A stretch of 64,000 bases of DNA from Spirochaetales bacterium (lineage in GTDB: Bacteria; Spirochaetota; Spirochaetia; JABEVK01). A program made the translations under genes and the position numbers. This document shows, one piece after another, positions 46,507 to 55,970 of the stretch (positions within the stretch are counted from its first letter, which is position 1; each line of letters starts with the position of its first letter). Location of the stretch: NCBI GenBank assembly GCA_947478845.1, contig CANJXC010000005.1:80246-144245 (forward strand), given 5' to 3'. The notes beneath the pieces were generated by a model that saw only the letters and a program-made list of their open reading frames with translations, searched no databases and had not been told where the DNA came from.

Positions 46507-47799
46507 TCATTGCAGGGCTTTTCTAGCTTGGTCAATCTGTTTGTTGGCTTCCACCACCCCGTCGGTCAAAGCTTGAGTGACGGTTTTCTTGCCAAGCACC
46601 GAGGCTTCAATTGCTGCATCCCAAGCACCGCGGACCTGTCCAACCCAAGGGTATCCACTGGTAGCGTAGACGTTGGGCAAGCCAGAAAATAGGCCCGAGA
46701 CCATGTTCGACTCATAGCTCTTATCGGCGGCAACGGCTGGCTGGGTCGGCAAACCTCCGGCCTGGGTCCAGTACAGGTTGTTTTCAGGTTGAGTCAACCA
46801 GGCCACGAACTTCAGGGCTGCGGCCCTCTTGGCCGCATCATAGCCTGCCTTCTGCTTGGGAAGGGTGAGGTGACTCGAACCGCCCCAGGCCGCATCCATT
46901 TTCGCCCCGAGACGGGGTACCGGGGAGATGCCGAAGGTCAAGCCGTCTTGAGCTTTGTACTGTTCCAGCATCCAGACGCCGTTAAAATTGAAGGCAACTT
47001 TCCCTTGGCGAAAGGCTGCAATTTCAGATTCTTCCGTGCCGTTTGGGGAAGCGACCTTGTACTTGTAGACCAGATCCACCAGAAACTGCACTGCTTCGAT
47101 CGAGGCAGCGTCACCAAAAGCTGCGTTGAGGTTCTTGTCGACGAGGTCTGCGCCATTCTGACGCAAAACACCATAGGCAATTGTGCCTCCCATCCAGCCA
47201 GTGACAACACCAGTTCCCCAAGTCACCACGTTGGTAGAATCGAAGGTCGCGTCGTTGGGGTGTTTTCCGTTCTTGTCGACGGTTGCGGCTGTGGCTGCCT
47301 TGAGAAACTCTTCTCTTGTTCGTGGCGGATTGAGGATTCCGGCTTTTTGGAGCAGATATTTGTTGTAGTACATAGCCAAGGCCACCGAATGCACCGGGAC
47401 ACCGTACGATTTGCCTTGGTAATCCGCAGTTGCCCAGAGGGGACCGTAGAACTTAGCCTTAGCGATGTTGGCGTTCTTGAGGTCGGCAGCGGTCAGTTCT
47501 GTCAAAGCTCCACGGGCTGCAAAGCCGGTAACTTGGTCCTCATTAATCGCCACGATGTCGGGGGCCTTGCCAGAAGCCACCAAAGGAGCTAGTTGTTGCC
47601 AGGTTGTTCCCCAAGGTTGCGACTGTGTCTTGACCACAATACCTGTCTGCGAGGAGTTAAACTTCTCGACAAGACTCTCCATGAATGGGCGGTCTGGGCC
47701 CGTGAACCCGTGTAAATAAGTAATTTCCACCTTGTCAGCAGCAAAGGCGGCCATAGCCGTCAGCATCAGCAAGGCAAGAAAAACAGTTCTCCTCTTCAT
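46507..47799 (-). CDS. extracellular solute-binding protein (family 1, sugar ABC transporter)
   Basis: Signal peptide MKRRTVFLALLMLTAMAAFA. GGAGGAG RBS precedes ATG 47799. The upstream TTG is part of the RBS. Confidence 0.85.
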   Translation of the reverse strand: MKRRTVFLALLMLTAMAAFAADKVEITYLHGFTGPDRPFMESLVEKFNSSQTGIVVKTQSQPWGTTWQQLAPLVASGKAPDIVAINEDQVTGFAARGALTELTAADLKNANIAKAKFYGPLWATADYQGKSYGVPVHSVALAMYYNKYLLQKAGILNPPRTREEFLKAATAATVDKNGKHPNDATFDSTNVVTWGTGVVTGWMGGTIAYGVLRQNGADLVDKNLNAAFGDAASIEAVQFLVDLVYKYKVASPNGTEESEIAAFRQGKVAFNFNGVWMLEQYKAQDGLTFGISPVPRLGAKMDAAWGGSSHLTLPKQKAGYDAAKRAAALKFVAWLTQPENNLYWTQAGGLPTQPAVAADKSYESNMVSGLFSGLPNVYATSGYPWVGQVRGAWDAAIEASVLGKKTVTQALTDGVVEANKQIDQARKALQ

Positions 47800-47963
47800 G
47801 TTCTCCTCCAATTGGCGAACAAATCGAACTCCCGTGGTCGATTACGGGCCACGGCCGAAAGCATATATCACAAATAATGGATATAAGTATTCAGAAATCA
47901 GTGTAAGGGCACATTATCTGTCTGTCAATCAATTATTATTGCTCTAAAGGTCGTTCTTGTCTG

Positions 47964-48029
47964 ACTGTATCACTTATTTGCACTGATGGGAGTGAGATTC
48001 TTGCGTTCATCCGAAAAAAATGATACAGT
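47964..48029 (+). promoter_or_regulatory. pair of 9-bp inverted half-sites ACTGTATCA ... TGATACAGT (48-bp spacer) in the AT-rich divergent promoter region
   Basis: Perfect 9-bp inverted repeat. Located between the sugar ABC operon and the ArsR-like regulator gene. Confidence 0.3.
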
Positions 48030-48050
48030 TCGCAAAGGGTGAACTTAGTT

Positions 48051-48974
48051 ATGCAAAGTCGAGTTTTCATTGCCGAGGAAGCGGATATAGCGAGCATTGC
48101 TCGTGCCCTTGATTCGAAACTTCGCCGCAAAATGCTTGCATTGCTTGCTTCCCGAGAGATGAATGTAGGTACACTGGCCCTAGAAATGGGGATACCGCAG
48201 TCTACCTGCACGGTCAATCTTCAGGTCTTGGAGCGAGCCAAGCTGGTAGAAACCGAGCAAGTCGCCGCCAGCAAAGGCTCTCAAAAGATTTGTCGTTCAG
48301 TTTATGATGAAATCGTGCTTCCATTGTTGGCCAGTCCCACCCTAGAAGTAGACAAATATATCGAAACCGAAATGCCTATTGGCCTATATACGGATTTCAG
48401 TGCCTCGCCGCCTTGCGGACTTGTTTCGCCCACCGCGATCATTGGCTACTATGATCATGCTGACTCGTTTCTCGATCCCCACCGCGCGAGTGCCGCCTTG
48501 ATTTGGATTGCAAGCGGTTACTTGGAGTACCGCTTCCCGCGAAACGCCCATTCTTCAAAGAAAATAGTGAGCGTCTCTCTGATGGCGGAAGTCTGTTCCG
48601 AGTTCCCGGGCTACAAGACGGACTGGCCTTCGGACATTACGGTGTGGATCAACAAGGCTGAAGTGGGCACTTGGACGTCACCCGGCGACATGGGTGGCGA
48701 GAGAGGTCGTCATACCCCTGAATGGTGGGACGTGCGTGACAGCCAGTTCGGTTTTCTCAAAACCTGGAAAGTCGGTTTGGAGGCTTCCTATATCGACGGA
48801 GTTCAGTGTTCAGGAGTACGAGTTTCCGACCTGGACATAGACGGGCACGATAGTTTCAAGGTTCGAATCGGGGTCAAGGAAGGTGCAGACAACTTCGGGG
48901 GTCTCAACTTGTTTGGAAACGGTTTCGGTAACTACCGCCATGGGTTGATCCTAAGAATCGAACTAGCCGACTAG
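48051..48974 (+). CDS. ArsR/SmtB-type HTH regulator fused to an about 200-aa C-terminal domain of unknown function
   Basis: N-terminus IARALDSKLRRKMLALLASREMNVGTLALEMGIPQSTCTVNLQVLERAKLV is ArsR-type wHTH. The C-terminal domain has no motif I recognise. Confidence 0.6.
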   Translation: MQSRVFIAEEADIASIARALDSKLRRKMLALLASREMNVGTLALEMGIPQSTCTVNLQVLERAKLVETEQVAASKGSQKICRSVYDEIVLPLLASPTLEVDKYIETEMPIGLYTDFSASPPCGLVSPTAIIGYYDHADSFLDPHRASAALIWIASGYLEYRFPRNAHSSKKIVSVSLMAEVCSEFPGYKTDWPSDITVWINKAEVGTWTSPGDMGGERGRHTPEWWDVRDSQFGFLKTWKVGLEASYIDGVQCSGVRVSDLDIDGHDSFKVRIGVKEGADNFGGLNLFGNGFGNYRHGLILRIELAD

Positions 48975-49211
48975 TCTGTTATCTGATGGTTGCTCCCGTA
49001 AGTACGTCTGCGGCGGGCAAGGCGAAACGGCGGTGACTGCTCTCGGAGTTCTGGGGGGATTCTCGCCCGGAATTAATCCGATGTATTGTAGTTATCCTTC
49101 ACTTTGATTGTATGCGGTGGCCGTTGGTGCCAAACAGTCGGGGTAGAAGGAAGTGGGTGAAGAACCTGCTAGGTCCCATACTGAGAACCTACGAAAGAAT
49201 GGAGTTTCACC

Positions 49212-50144
49212 ATGAGTTCTCACTTATTGCGCCGGGCCGCCTCGGCTCTGCTGGCCGTTGCCTTGGCCTTCGGGGCCTCGGCGACCGACAAGAGTTTTCC
49301 GCTCACGCTCAAGGACGCCGGAGGCACGCCCGTCACGTTGGCCACGCCCCCCAAGGCCATTATCTCCATCACTCTCCCCAGCGACGAGATTCTGGTGGAG
49401 CTGGTCGACAAAAGCCGCCTCAGAGCCATTGATAGTTTTGCCGCAGATCCCGGCATTTCCAACATCGCCGAATGGGCCAGAACTTTCCCGAACAAAATCG
49501 CCGGCGAAAAAGAAAAAATCATCGCCCTCCAGCCCGACCTGGTGTTTGTGGCCAGTTGGAAGGAACCCGAGTTCGTCGCCGCCCTGCGAGAGGCCAAAGT
49601 TCCGGTCTTTGTGTTCAAAACCCCCGATAATTTCGACGAGCTGGGTGCCCTGATCTTGCAGATGGCCACCCTCACCGGTGAGACGGCCAAGGGCAAGTCC
49701 CTGATGGCCTCGGTGGATAATCGATTAGCCAACGTTGCTGCCAAACTGAAAGGCACGACCAAAAAGCCAACGGTGCTGAGTTACAGCTTTTGGGGCAGCA
49801 CCTTTGCCAAGGGCACCAGTTTCCAAGCCCTCGTCGAGAAGGCGGGTCTAGTCAACGTGGCCACAAAGGCAGGCATGGTAGGCTGGCCGCAGGTGAGCAA
49901 GGAACAAATTCTGGCTCTCAATCCTGACCTGATTGTTCTACCAAGCTGGAGCTATGACGGAAGCTCCGACCCTCAGAAGTTCCTCGCCGAGTTTGTGTCC
50001 GATCCGGTGTTTGCCAGTCTGGGGGCCATCAAGAATAAGCGAGTTATCGTTATGCAAGACAAGCACTTGCAAGCCACTAGCCAATACATGGCCGATGCCG
50101 TGGAAGACCTTGCTAGAGCCGGCTATCCGGAACTTTTCCGGTGA
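49212..50144 (+). CDS. periplasmic binding protein of an iron-siderophore/cobalamin-type ABC importer (FecB/BtuF fold)
   Basis: Signal peptide. 310 aa. Class III SBP pattern. Confidence 0.85.
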   Translation: MSSHLLRRAASALLAVALAFGASATDKSFPLTLKDAGGTPVTLATPPKAIISITLPSDEILVELVDKSRLRAIDSFAADPGISNIAEWARTFPNKIAGEKEKIIALQPDLVFVASWKEPEFVAALREAKVPVFVFKTPDNFDELGALILQMATLTGETAKGKSLMASVDNRLANVAAKLKGTTKKPTVLSYSFWGSTFAKGTSFQALVEKAGLVNVATKAGMVGWPQVSKEQILALNPDLIVLPSWSYDGSSDPQKFLAEFVSDPVFASLGAIKNKRVIVMQDKHLQATSQYMADAVEDLARAGYPELFR

Positions 50145-51193
50145 CACCAGTGATCCCCGACCGCCAAGCTTGGTGGGTGCTGCTACCCTTGGCGGTAGCG
50201 CTCGGCGGGCTGGTCCTCTTAGCCACAGCCGTGGGTTCGGTGTCAGTCCCTCTAGGCGATGCAGTCACCGTGATCTTGGCTCGTTTGGGCGTCCCAGCCA
50301 CCTTTTTGGCCTCGCTTCCCGACCCTAAGTGGGACGCCATCATTTTCTTGGTGCGATTGCCGCGGGTGTTGGGGGCCACGGTCATCGGGGCAGCCCTAGC
50401 CGTGGCCGGTACCGTGATGCAGGGTCTGTTGCGCAATCCTTTGGCCGATCCGGGGCTTATTGGCGTGTCCAGTGGTGCAGGCTTTGGCGCTGTGCTCTCC
50501 ATAGCGCTAGGTTTCGCTGCCACCAGTTCGTGGTCCCTGCCAGTTTTCGCTTCGGTGGGCTCTTTGGTGGCAACGGGCATCATTTTCCTGCTGGCCATCC
50601 GGGCAGGAAAGATGGGTCTGTTCACGCTGATCTTGGCGGGCATGGCCGTGGGCACGTTTTTCGGTGCCAGTACTTCGCTGGTGCTCACCTTTGCCAGCCA
50701 CGACAGCATCGCGCAGTTTCTGTTTTGGTCCATGGGAAACCTTTACAACGTGCGGTGGGAGTCCTTGCAGCTGGTTGCTTTACCCATCGGGGGCGGGATC
50801 TTTCTGCTCCTGTGGTTTGCCCGCGACCTGAACGTGCTGCTGCTCGGAGAGGAGGAAGCCCAAGCCGTGGGGGTAGATGTTTTTCGCACACGGTTAGTCT
50901 TGTTGGTGCTGGTTTCAGCAGTGACAGCCTCTGCGGTGTGTATTAGTGGCCCGATCAGCTTTGTGGGGCTGGTCGTACCCCACATTCTGCGCCTTTTGCT
51001 GGGGCCCAACCACCGGCTTCTGGTACCCGCAGCCGCTTTGGGCGGTGCGGCGTTTCTTGTGGTTTGCGACCTCGTAGCCCGGTTGGCTTTGGGCGCCCAG
51101 GAGATCAACGTGGGAATCGTAACCGCCTTGGTTGGCGCACCTTACTTCGTGTTTCTGCTTCTGCGTAGCGTCAAACGAGGCATAGACCTGTGA
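50141..51193 (+). CDS. FecCD-family ABC permease
   Basis: 350 aa, polytopic. Overlapping stop/start with flanking genes. Confidence 0.9.
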   Translation: MTPVIPDRQAWWVLLPLAVALGGLVLLATAVGSVSVPLGDAVTVILARLGVPATFLASLPDPKWDAIIFLVRLPRVLGATVIGAALAVAGTVMQGLLRNPLADPGLIGVSSGAGFGAVLSIALGFAATSSWSLPVFASVGSLVATGIIFLLAIRAGKMGLFTLILAGMAVGTFFGASTSLVLTFASHDSIAQFLFWSMGNLYNVRWESLQLVALPIGGGIFLLLWFARDLNVLLLGEEEAQAVGVDVFRTRLVLLVLVSAVTASAVCISGPISFVGLVVPHILRLLLGPNHRLLVPAAALGGAAFLVVCDLVARLALGAQEINVGIVTALVGAPYFVFLLLRSVKRGIDL

Positions 51194-52443
51194 GTTCCTT
51201 GATGGTTCGCGGTTTGCGTTGCTCGCTTGGCGGTACTGAAGTACTCCGGGGGCTTGATCTGGAGGTGAACCCGGGGGAAATCGTCGGGCTTCTTGGACCC
51301 AACGGCGCCGGCAAGTCCACCCTGCTGCGCTGCGTGGCAGGACTCCTGCCTTTTTCTGGGCAGATAGAAGTCAGAGGACAACCTGTGTCTTCGTCCGAAA
51401 GGCGTGGGCTAGGCCCGCGCGAGCTCGCCCTGCAGGTGGCACTGATGCCGCAAAGCACAACTCTCACCTCTGCGTTCCCGGCTGCCGACGTGGTGATGAT
51501 GGGCCGCTATCCGCATCAGGGGCGTTTCCAAGCCGAGTCGGCCGAAGACCGCCGGGCCGTAAAAAACGCCATGGCCTTTACCGCCACCGAGGCACTGGCC
51601 CTGCAACCCATAAACCAGATGTCGGGCGGCGAGCGACAGAGAGTACTGTTTGCGAAAGTTCTCGCGCAGGATACGCCTCTTTTGTTGCTCGATGAGCCTA
51701 GTTCCGGCCTTGACCTAGCCCACCAGCAGCTCACCTTCTCGTACGCCCAGACTCTGGCGTCCCAGGGCAGAACCATCGTGGCGGCCGTGCAAGACCTGAG
51801 ACTTGCGTCAACCTTTTGCACCCGAGTCATATTGTTGTCGCAAGGCTTGATACTGGCGCAGGGGACACCACAGGAGGTTTTGACGGGCCAGAATCTGGAA
51901 GCCGCCTACGGTGTAAAGGTGCGGGTGTACGTTAATCTAGCGACGGGCCAGTTTGACTTCCACCTCGATGGCGCCGAGCCCTCAGAAACAGCCCCCTTGG
52001 TGCACGTGATCGGTGGAGGAGGTTCCGCCTCTTCGGTACTCCGCCTGCTCACCCAGGCGGGCTACCGGGTGACCACCGGTGTGCTCAGCCCCGGAGACAG
52101 CGACTTGTACGTGGCCAACGTTTTTGAGCTTCCCAGCATTGTCTCACCGCCTTTTTGGCCCATCGAAGAGGCAGTTCACCGCCAAAATTGCGCTTGGGTG
52201 CGCGAGGCTGACCTGGTGGTACTGTGCAATTTGGTTGTGGGGGCCCAAAACCTGCGCAACCTCGAGGCCGCGACGCACGCCAACGAGCTCGTAGTCCTGG
52301 AAGATCAGCCCATGAGCGAGCGGGACTTCACCGGTGGAGCTGCCTTGGATGCCTACAGCAAGCTCACGGCCAGGGCGAGGGTCATGCGGTCGGCAGAGTT
52401 CCCTCGCTGGCTCAAGACACTGTTTTACCCTATGAAACATTGA
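51190..52443 (+). CDS. ABC ATP-binding protein (FecE/BtuD-like) with about 150-aa C-terminal Rossmann-like extension
   Basis: Walker A GPNGAGKST, LSGGERQR and Walker B LLLDEPSSGLD within the first about 260 aa. The remainder includes HVIGGGGSASSVLRLL...ADLVVLCNLVVG. Confidence 0.85.
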   Translation: MSSLMVRGLRCSLGGTEVLRGLDLEVNPGEIVGLLGPNGAGKSTLLRCVAGLLPFSGQIEVRGQPVSSSERRGLGPRELALQVALMPQSTTLTSAFPAADVVMMGRYPHQGRFQAESAEDRRAVKNAMAFTATEALALQPINQMSGGERQRVLFAKVLAQDTPLLLLDEPSSGLDLAHQQLTFSYAQTLASQGRTIVAAVQDLRLASTFCTRVILLSQGLILAQGTPQEVLTGQNLEAAYGVKVRVYVNLATGQFDFHLDGAEPSETAPLVHVIGGGGSASSVLRLLTQAGYRVTTGVLSPGDSDLYVANVFELPSIVSPPFWPIEEAVHRQNCAWVREADLVVLCNLVVGAQNLRNLEAATHANELVVLEDQPMSERDFTGGAALDAYSKLTARARVMRSAEFPRWLKTLFYPMKH

Positions 52444-52475
52444 CACGGTGAGTGGTCACCGATAGCTTGGTTTGT

Positions 52476-53258
52476 ATGCCTGATCGGAAAAACACCAGCC
52501 CCGTTGTCCAGACTCTCGACCGTGCTCTCAAGATCATTGAGCTTCTTGCTGTTCACGCCGAAGGGTTCGGGGTAACGGAGATCGGGAAACGGGTCGGACT
52601 CCACAAGAGTACCGTTCACCGCCTGTTGGGTCATCTTTTGGCCCAAGGGTACATCGAAAAAGACGAAGAACGGGCCAACTACACCCTAGGACTCAAGTTC
52701 ATTGAACTGGCTAGCCTGCGCATGGGACATGTGGAACTCAAAACTGAAGCGGGACCCTATTTGCGAAAGCTGGCGGCCCAGGTCGACCAACCGGTGCATC
52801 TGGCCATCCTTGACGGTACCGACGCGGTTTACATCGAGAAAATTGAGCCCAGAGCGCACCTGCGCATGTACTCGCAGATCGGCAGGCGTATCCCGTTGTC
52901 GTGCTCGTCGCTCGGAAAGTGCCTGGTTCTTGACCTTCTAACCCCGGAATTAGAGGCGCTGGCCAATAAAATGACCTACCACCCCTTCACCGCCAAGACC
53001 CGCGTCACCGCCCAAGCCTTTTTGGCAGACGTAGAAGCGGCCCGTGGGCGGGGCTGGGCCCTCGACGATGAGGAACACGAGCCTGGGATAAGGTGCATCG
53101 GAGCCCCGATCCGTGATTTCACAGGACGCGTCGTTGCGGCTTTGAGTGCCTCTGGAGACGTGGCCGTGATCCGACCAGACCCGGAAGCCAAGGTCAGTGC
53201 TTTGGTGTGCGAGGCTGCTGAGGCCATTTCCCGCCGTTTGGGGTGGCTGGGACCCTAG
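52476..53258 (+). CDS. IclR-family transcriptional regulator (KdgR-like)
   Basis: HTH region VTEIGKRVGLHKSTVHRLL and a C-terminal IclR effector domain. Alternative start 52452. Confidence 0.85.
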   Translation: MPDRKNTSPVVQTLDRALKIIELLAVHAEGFGVTEIGKRVGLHKSTVHRLLGHLLAQGYIEKDEERANYTLGLKFIELASLRMGHVELKTEAGPYLRKLAAQVDQPVHLAILDGTDAVYIEKIEPRAHLRMYSQIGRRIPLSCSSLGKCLVLDLLTPELEALANKMTYHPFTAKTRVTAQAFLADVEAARGRGWALDDEEHEPGIRCIGAPIRDFTGRVVAALSASGDVAVIRPDPEAKVSALVCEAAEAISRRLGWLGP

Positions 53259-53285
53259 TCAATGAGGCGTTTACCTCAGGTCACT

Positions 53286-54062
53286 CTAGCGGGCTAGCCA
53301 ACCTCCGTCGACGGGTACAAGGGCCCCAGACATGTAATCCGAGGCGGCACTGGCCAAGAAGATGGCCGGCCCCATGAGGTCGGTGGCCTCGCCCCAACGC
53401 CCAGCCGGTATGCGCGCCAAAATGGATCGGCTGCGCTCTGCATCGGCCCGTAACCCAGCGGTGTTGTCGGTGACCATGTAACCTGGGGCAATGGCATTGA
53501 CCTGGATATTGTGCTGGGCCCACTCGTTGGCCATGGCCTTGGTGAGCCCAGCGAGTCCGCTTTTGCTAGCGGTGTAACTTGCCACCCTGATACCCCCCTG
53601 AAAGCTGAGCATCGAGGCAATATGGAGAATTTTTCCACCAGTTTTTTGCTTCAGGAACTGCTTGGCAACGGCTTGACTGAGAAAAAAAACAGTCTTGAGG
53701 TTAAGATCCATCACCTCATCCCAGTCTTTCTCGGTGAAATCGACCATGTCGACCCGCCGGATGGTACCAGCATTGTTCACGAGGATATCGATGCGGCCGA
53801 ATCCCTTCAGAGTAGCTTCAACAATAGCAGGGATGGGTGACGTAGTGGTCAGGTCAGCTTGCACCCAAAGGAATTGTCCTCCTGCGGCTTCCACTTGCTC
53901 CTTGGTTTGGGCCGACGAACTGGAGCTGACTCCCACGACGCTGGCACCAGAGCGGGCGTAGGCCACGCAGATAGCCTGGCCTAGCCCGCGGGAACTTCCC
54001 GTGACGATGGCCACCTTTCCACGGAGGGAAAACAGGTTTGAGCCGGGGTCTCCTTGGCTCAA
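53286..54062 (-). CDS. kduD: 2-dehydro-3-deoxy-D-gluconate 5-dehydrogenase
   Basis: Near-colinear match to E. coli KduD (ASMLSFQGGIRV.SYTASKSG, NAIAPGYM, GPIVFLAS.ASDY). TTG start overlaps the kduI stop. Confidence 0.9.
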   Translation of the reverse strand: MSQGDPGSNLFSLRGKVAIVTGSSRGLGQAICVAYARSGASVVGVSSSSSAQTKEQVEAAGGQFLWVQADLTTTSPIPAIVEATLKGFGRIDILVNNAGTIRRVDMVDFTEKDWDEVMDLNLKTVFFLSQAVAKQFLKQKTGGKILHIASMLSFQGGIRVASYTASKSGLAGLTKAMANEWAQHNIQVNAIAPGYMVTDNTAGLRADAERSRSILARIPAGRWGEATDLMGPAIFLASAASDYMSGALVPVDGGWLAR

Positions 54063-54895
54063 CGAAGATCCCCTGTCGCCACTTGGTCCATATCGTCGAA
54101 GCTCTGGTTTTCGCCTGCCATTGCCCAGATGAAGGTGTAACTCCCGGTGCCGACTCCGGAATGGATGCTCCAAGAAGGGCTGATCACGGCCTGTCGGTCG
54201 GCGACAACCAGATGGCGGGTCTCCTGGGGTTGGCCGTGCATGTGAAAGACCCGGGTATCGGCAGCCATGTCAAAATACAGGTACACCTCCATACGTCGCT
54301 CGTGGGTGTGGCACGGCATGGTGTTCCAGACGCTGCCGGTCTCCAGTAGGGTCATTCCCATCACCAGTTGGCAGCTTTGGCAGACGGCCGGATGCACATA
54401 TTGGTAAATGGTGCGCAAGTTCACCGTTTCGGGGTTCCCGACCTTACGGGGGTTAGCCTTGCTGAACTCGATTTTCACTGAAGGATACTTATGGTGGGCC
54501 GGAGAACTGACCAGGTAGAACTGTGCCGGATTCATCGGGTCTTTGCTGGAGAAAGAGACCCCCTTGGTGCCCATTCCAACATAGAAACCATCCCCCTTAA
54601 CCATCGAATGGCTTGTGCCATCGAAGGCTAGGCTCCCCTCTGCGCCAATGTTGATCACCCCTAATTCGCGTCGTTGTAGGAACTCCTCGCTTCCGAAGTC
54701 CTTGCCTCCAACGAGGGTGAGCGGTTTTTCTTGGGGTGTAGCGCCACCGAAAACCATTCGGTCGACGTGGGTGTAAGTCAGCGCAATTTGGCCGGGTGCA
54801 AAGACCTTCTCAACGAGAAATTGCTCACGGAGTTTGGTGGTGTCGTAGGCTTTCACGTCTTCGGGATGATGCCCGTAGCGGATGTCGAGTTTCAT
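54059..54895 (-). CDS. kduI: 4-deoxy-L-threo-5-hexosulose-uronate ketol-isomerase
   Basis: Match to E. coli KduI (WNTMPCHTHERRMEVY, GQPQETRH, ISPSWSIHSGVGT). Confidence 0.9.
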   Translation of the reverse strand: MKLDIRYGHHPEDVKAYDTTKLREQFLVEKVFAPGQIALTYTHVDRMVFGGATPQEKPLTLVGGKDFGSEEFLQRRELGVINIGAEGSLAFDGTSHSMVKGDGFYVGMGTKGVSFSSKDPMNPAQFYLVSSPAHHKYPSVKIEFSKANPRKVGNPETVNLRTIYQYVHPAVCQSCQLVMGMTLLETGSVWNTMPCHTHERRMEVYLYFDMAADTRVFHMHGQPQETRHLVVADRQAVISPSWSIHSGVGTGSYTFIWAMAGENQSFDDMDQVATGDLR

Positions 54896-54911
54896 GGCTT
54901 CTCCTCAAATC

Positions 54912-55961
54912 TCAGCGTTTGACCCGGCCTGTGGCATCGCCAGCGATAAGGCCTTCCACCTCAGCCTTGGTGGCAAGGTTGAAATCGCCGGGGACGCTAT
55001 GCTTGAGGCAACTCGCCGCCACGGCAAACTCCAGGGCCCTAGCCTCTTCGAGGTCTGTCCCCGAAGTAACGACATCTAGACAATAAATGAGGCCAGCAGA
55101 GAAACTATCTCCACCGCCTACACGGTCGACGATGTCGTCGATTTCATAGCTGCGGCTCTGGTAAAACCCCGTTTTGCCGTCGAGTACGGCCGACCATCCG
55201 TTGCTGTCAGCCGAACGGCTCGACCTGAGGGTGACGGCAACTCGCGTCAGGTTGGGGAAAGCTTTCTTCACTTTGTGGGTGAGGCTCTGGTAGGAGTGCG
55301 CATTGAGGTGCCCAGCCACTACGTCGACGCCATCGGGGTGAATGCCGAGGCACATCTGGATATCTTCCTCGTTGGCGATGAGCGTATCGACGTGCCTCAC
55401 CAGTTCGGTCATCACCTCTGGCGGCTTCTTGCCGTAGTTCCAAAGCTTTTTGCGGTAGTTCAGGTCAAGACTCACGGTAAGGCCGGCTTTACGAGCGGCT
55501 TGCAGGGCTTCGAGAGTCGCATCGGCTGCCGATTGCGAGAGCGCCGGTGTAATGCCTGTCACGTGGAACCAGGAGGCCCCCACGAACAGGGCGTGCCAGT
55601 CAAAATCGCCGGGCTTCACCTGGCTGATGGCTGAACCTTCTCGGTCGTAAACGACCGTGCTCCCTCGCTGATTGGCTCCTGTCTCAAGAAAATAGATTCC
55701 CAATCGCCCGCTCTTGGTGCGACGAATACCATCAACCTCGACACCATAGCCTCGGACCTCGCGCAGGGCTGCATCCGCCAGCGGGTTATCGGGCAGGGCC
55801 GTGACAAAGCTAGCCTGACGGCCGAGCAGCGCAAGCGAAACCGCCACGTTAGCCTCGCCACCACCAAAACTCGCCTCAAGAGCCGACGATTGGAAGAGCC
55901 GCTCGTGACCGGGGCTCTTGAGGCGCAACAGGATCTCTCCGAAAGTGACGACTTTAGGCAT
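54912..55961 (-). CDS. kdgK: 2-dehydro-3-deoxygluconokinase (PfkB family)
   Basis: 349 aa. PfkB motifs GGGEANVAV and GGGDSFSAG. Operon context with kduID and eda. Confidence 0.85.
   Translation of the reverse strand: MPKVVTFGEILLRLKSPGHERLFQSSALEASFGGGEANVAVSLALLGRQASFVTALPDNPLADAALREVRGYGVEVDGIRRTKSGRLGIYFLETGANQRGSTVVYDREGSAISQVKPGDFDWHALFVGASWFHVTGITPALSQSAADATLEALQAARKAGLTVSLDLNYRKKLWNYGKKPPEVMTELVRHVDTLIANEEDIQMCLGIHPDGVDVVAGHLNAHSYQSLTHKVKKAFPNLTRVAVTLRSSRSADSNGWSAVLDGKTGFYQSRSYEIDDIVDRVGGGDSFSAGLIYCLDVVTSGTDLEEARALEFAVAASCLKHSVPGDFNLATKAEVEGLIAGDATGRVKR
55050..55061 (-). repeat. dispersed word GGGACAGACCTC, copy 12 (minus) in kdgK
   Basis: exact 12/12. Confidence 0.9.
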
Positions 55962-55970
55962 TCTAGCTCC

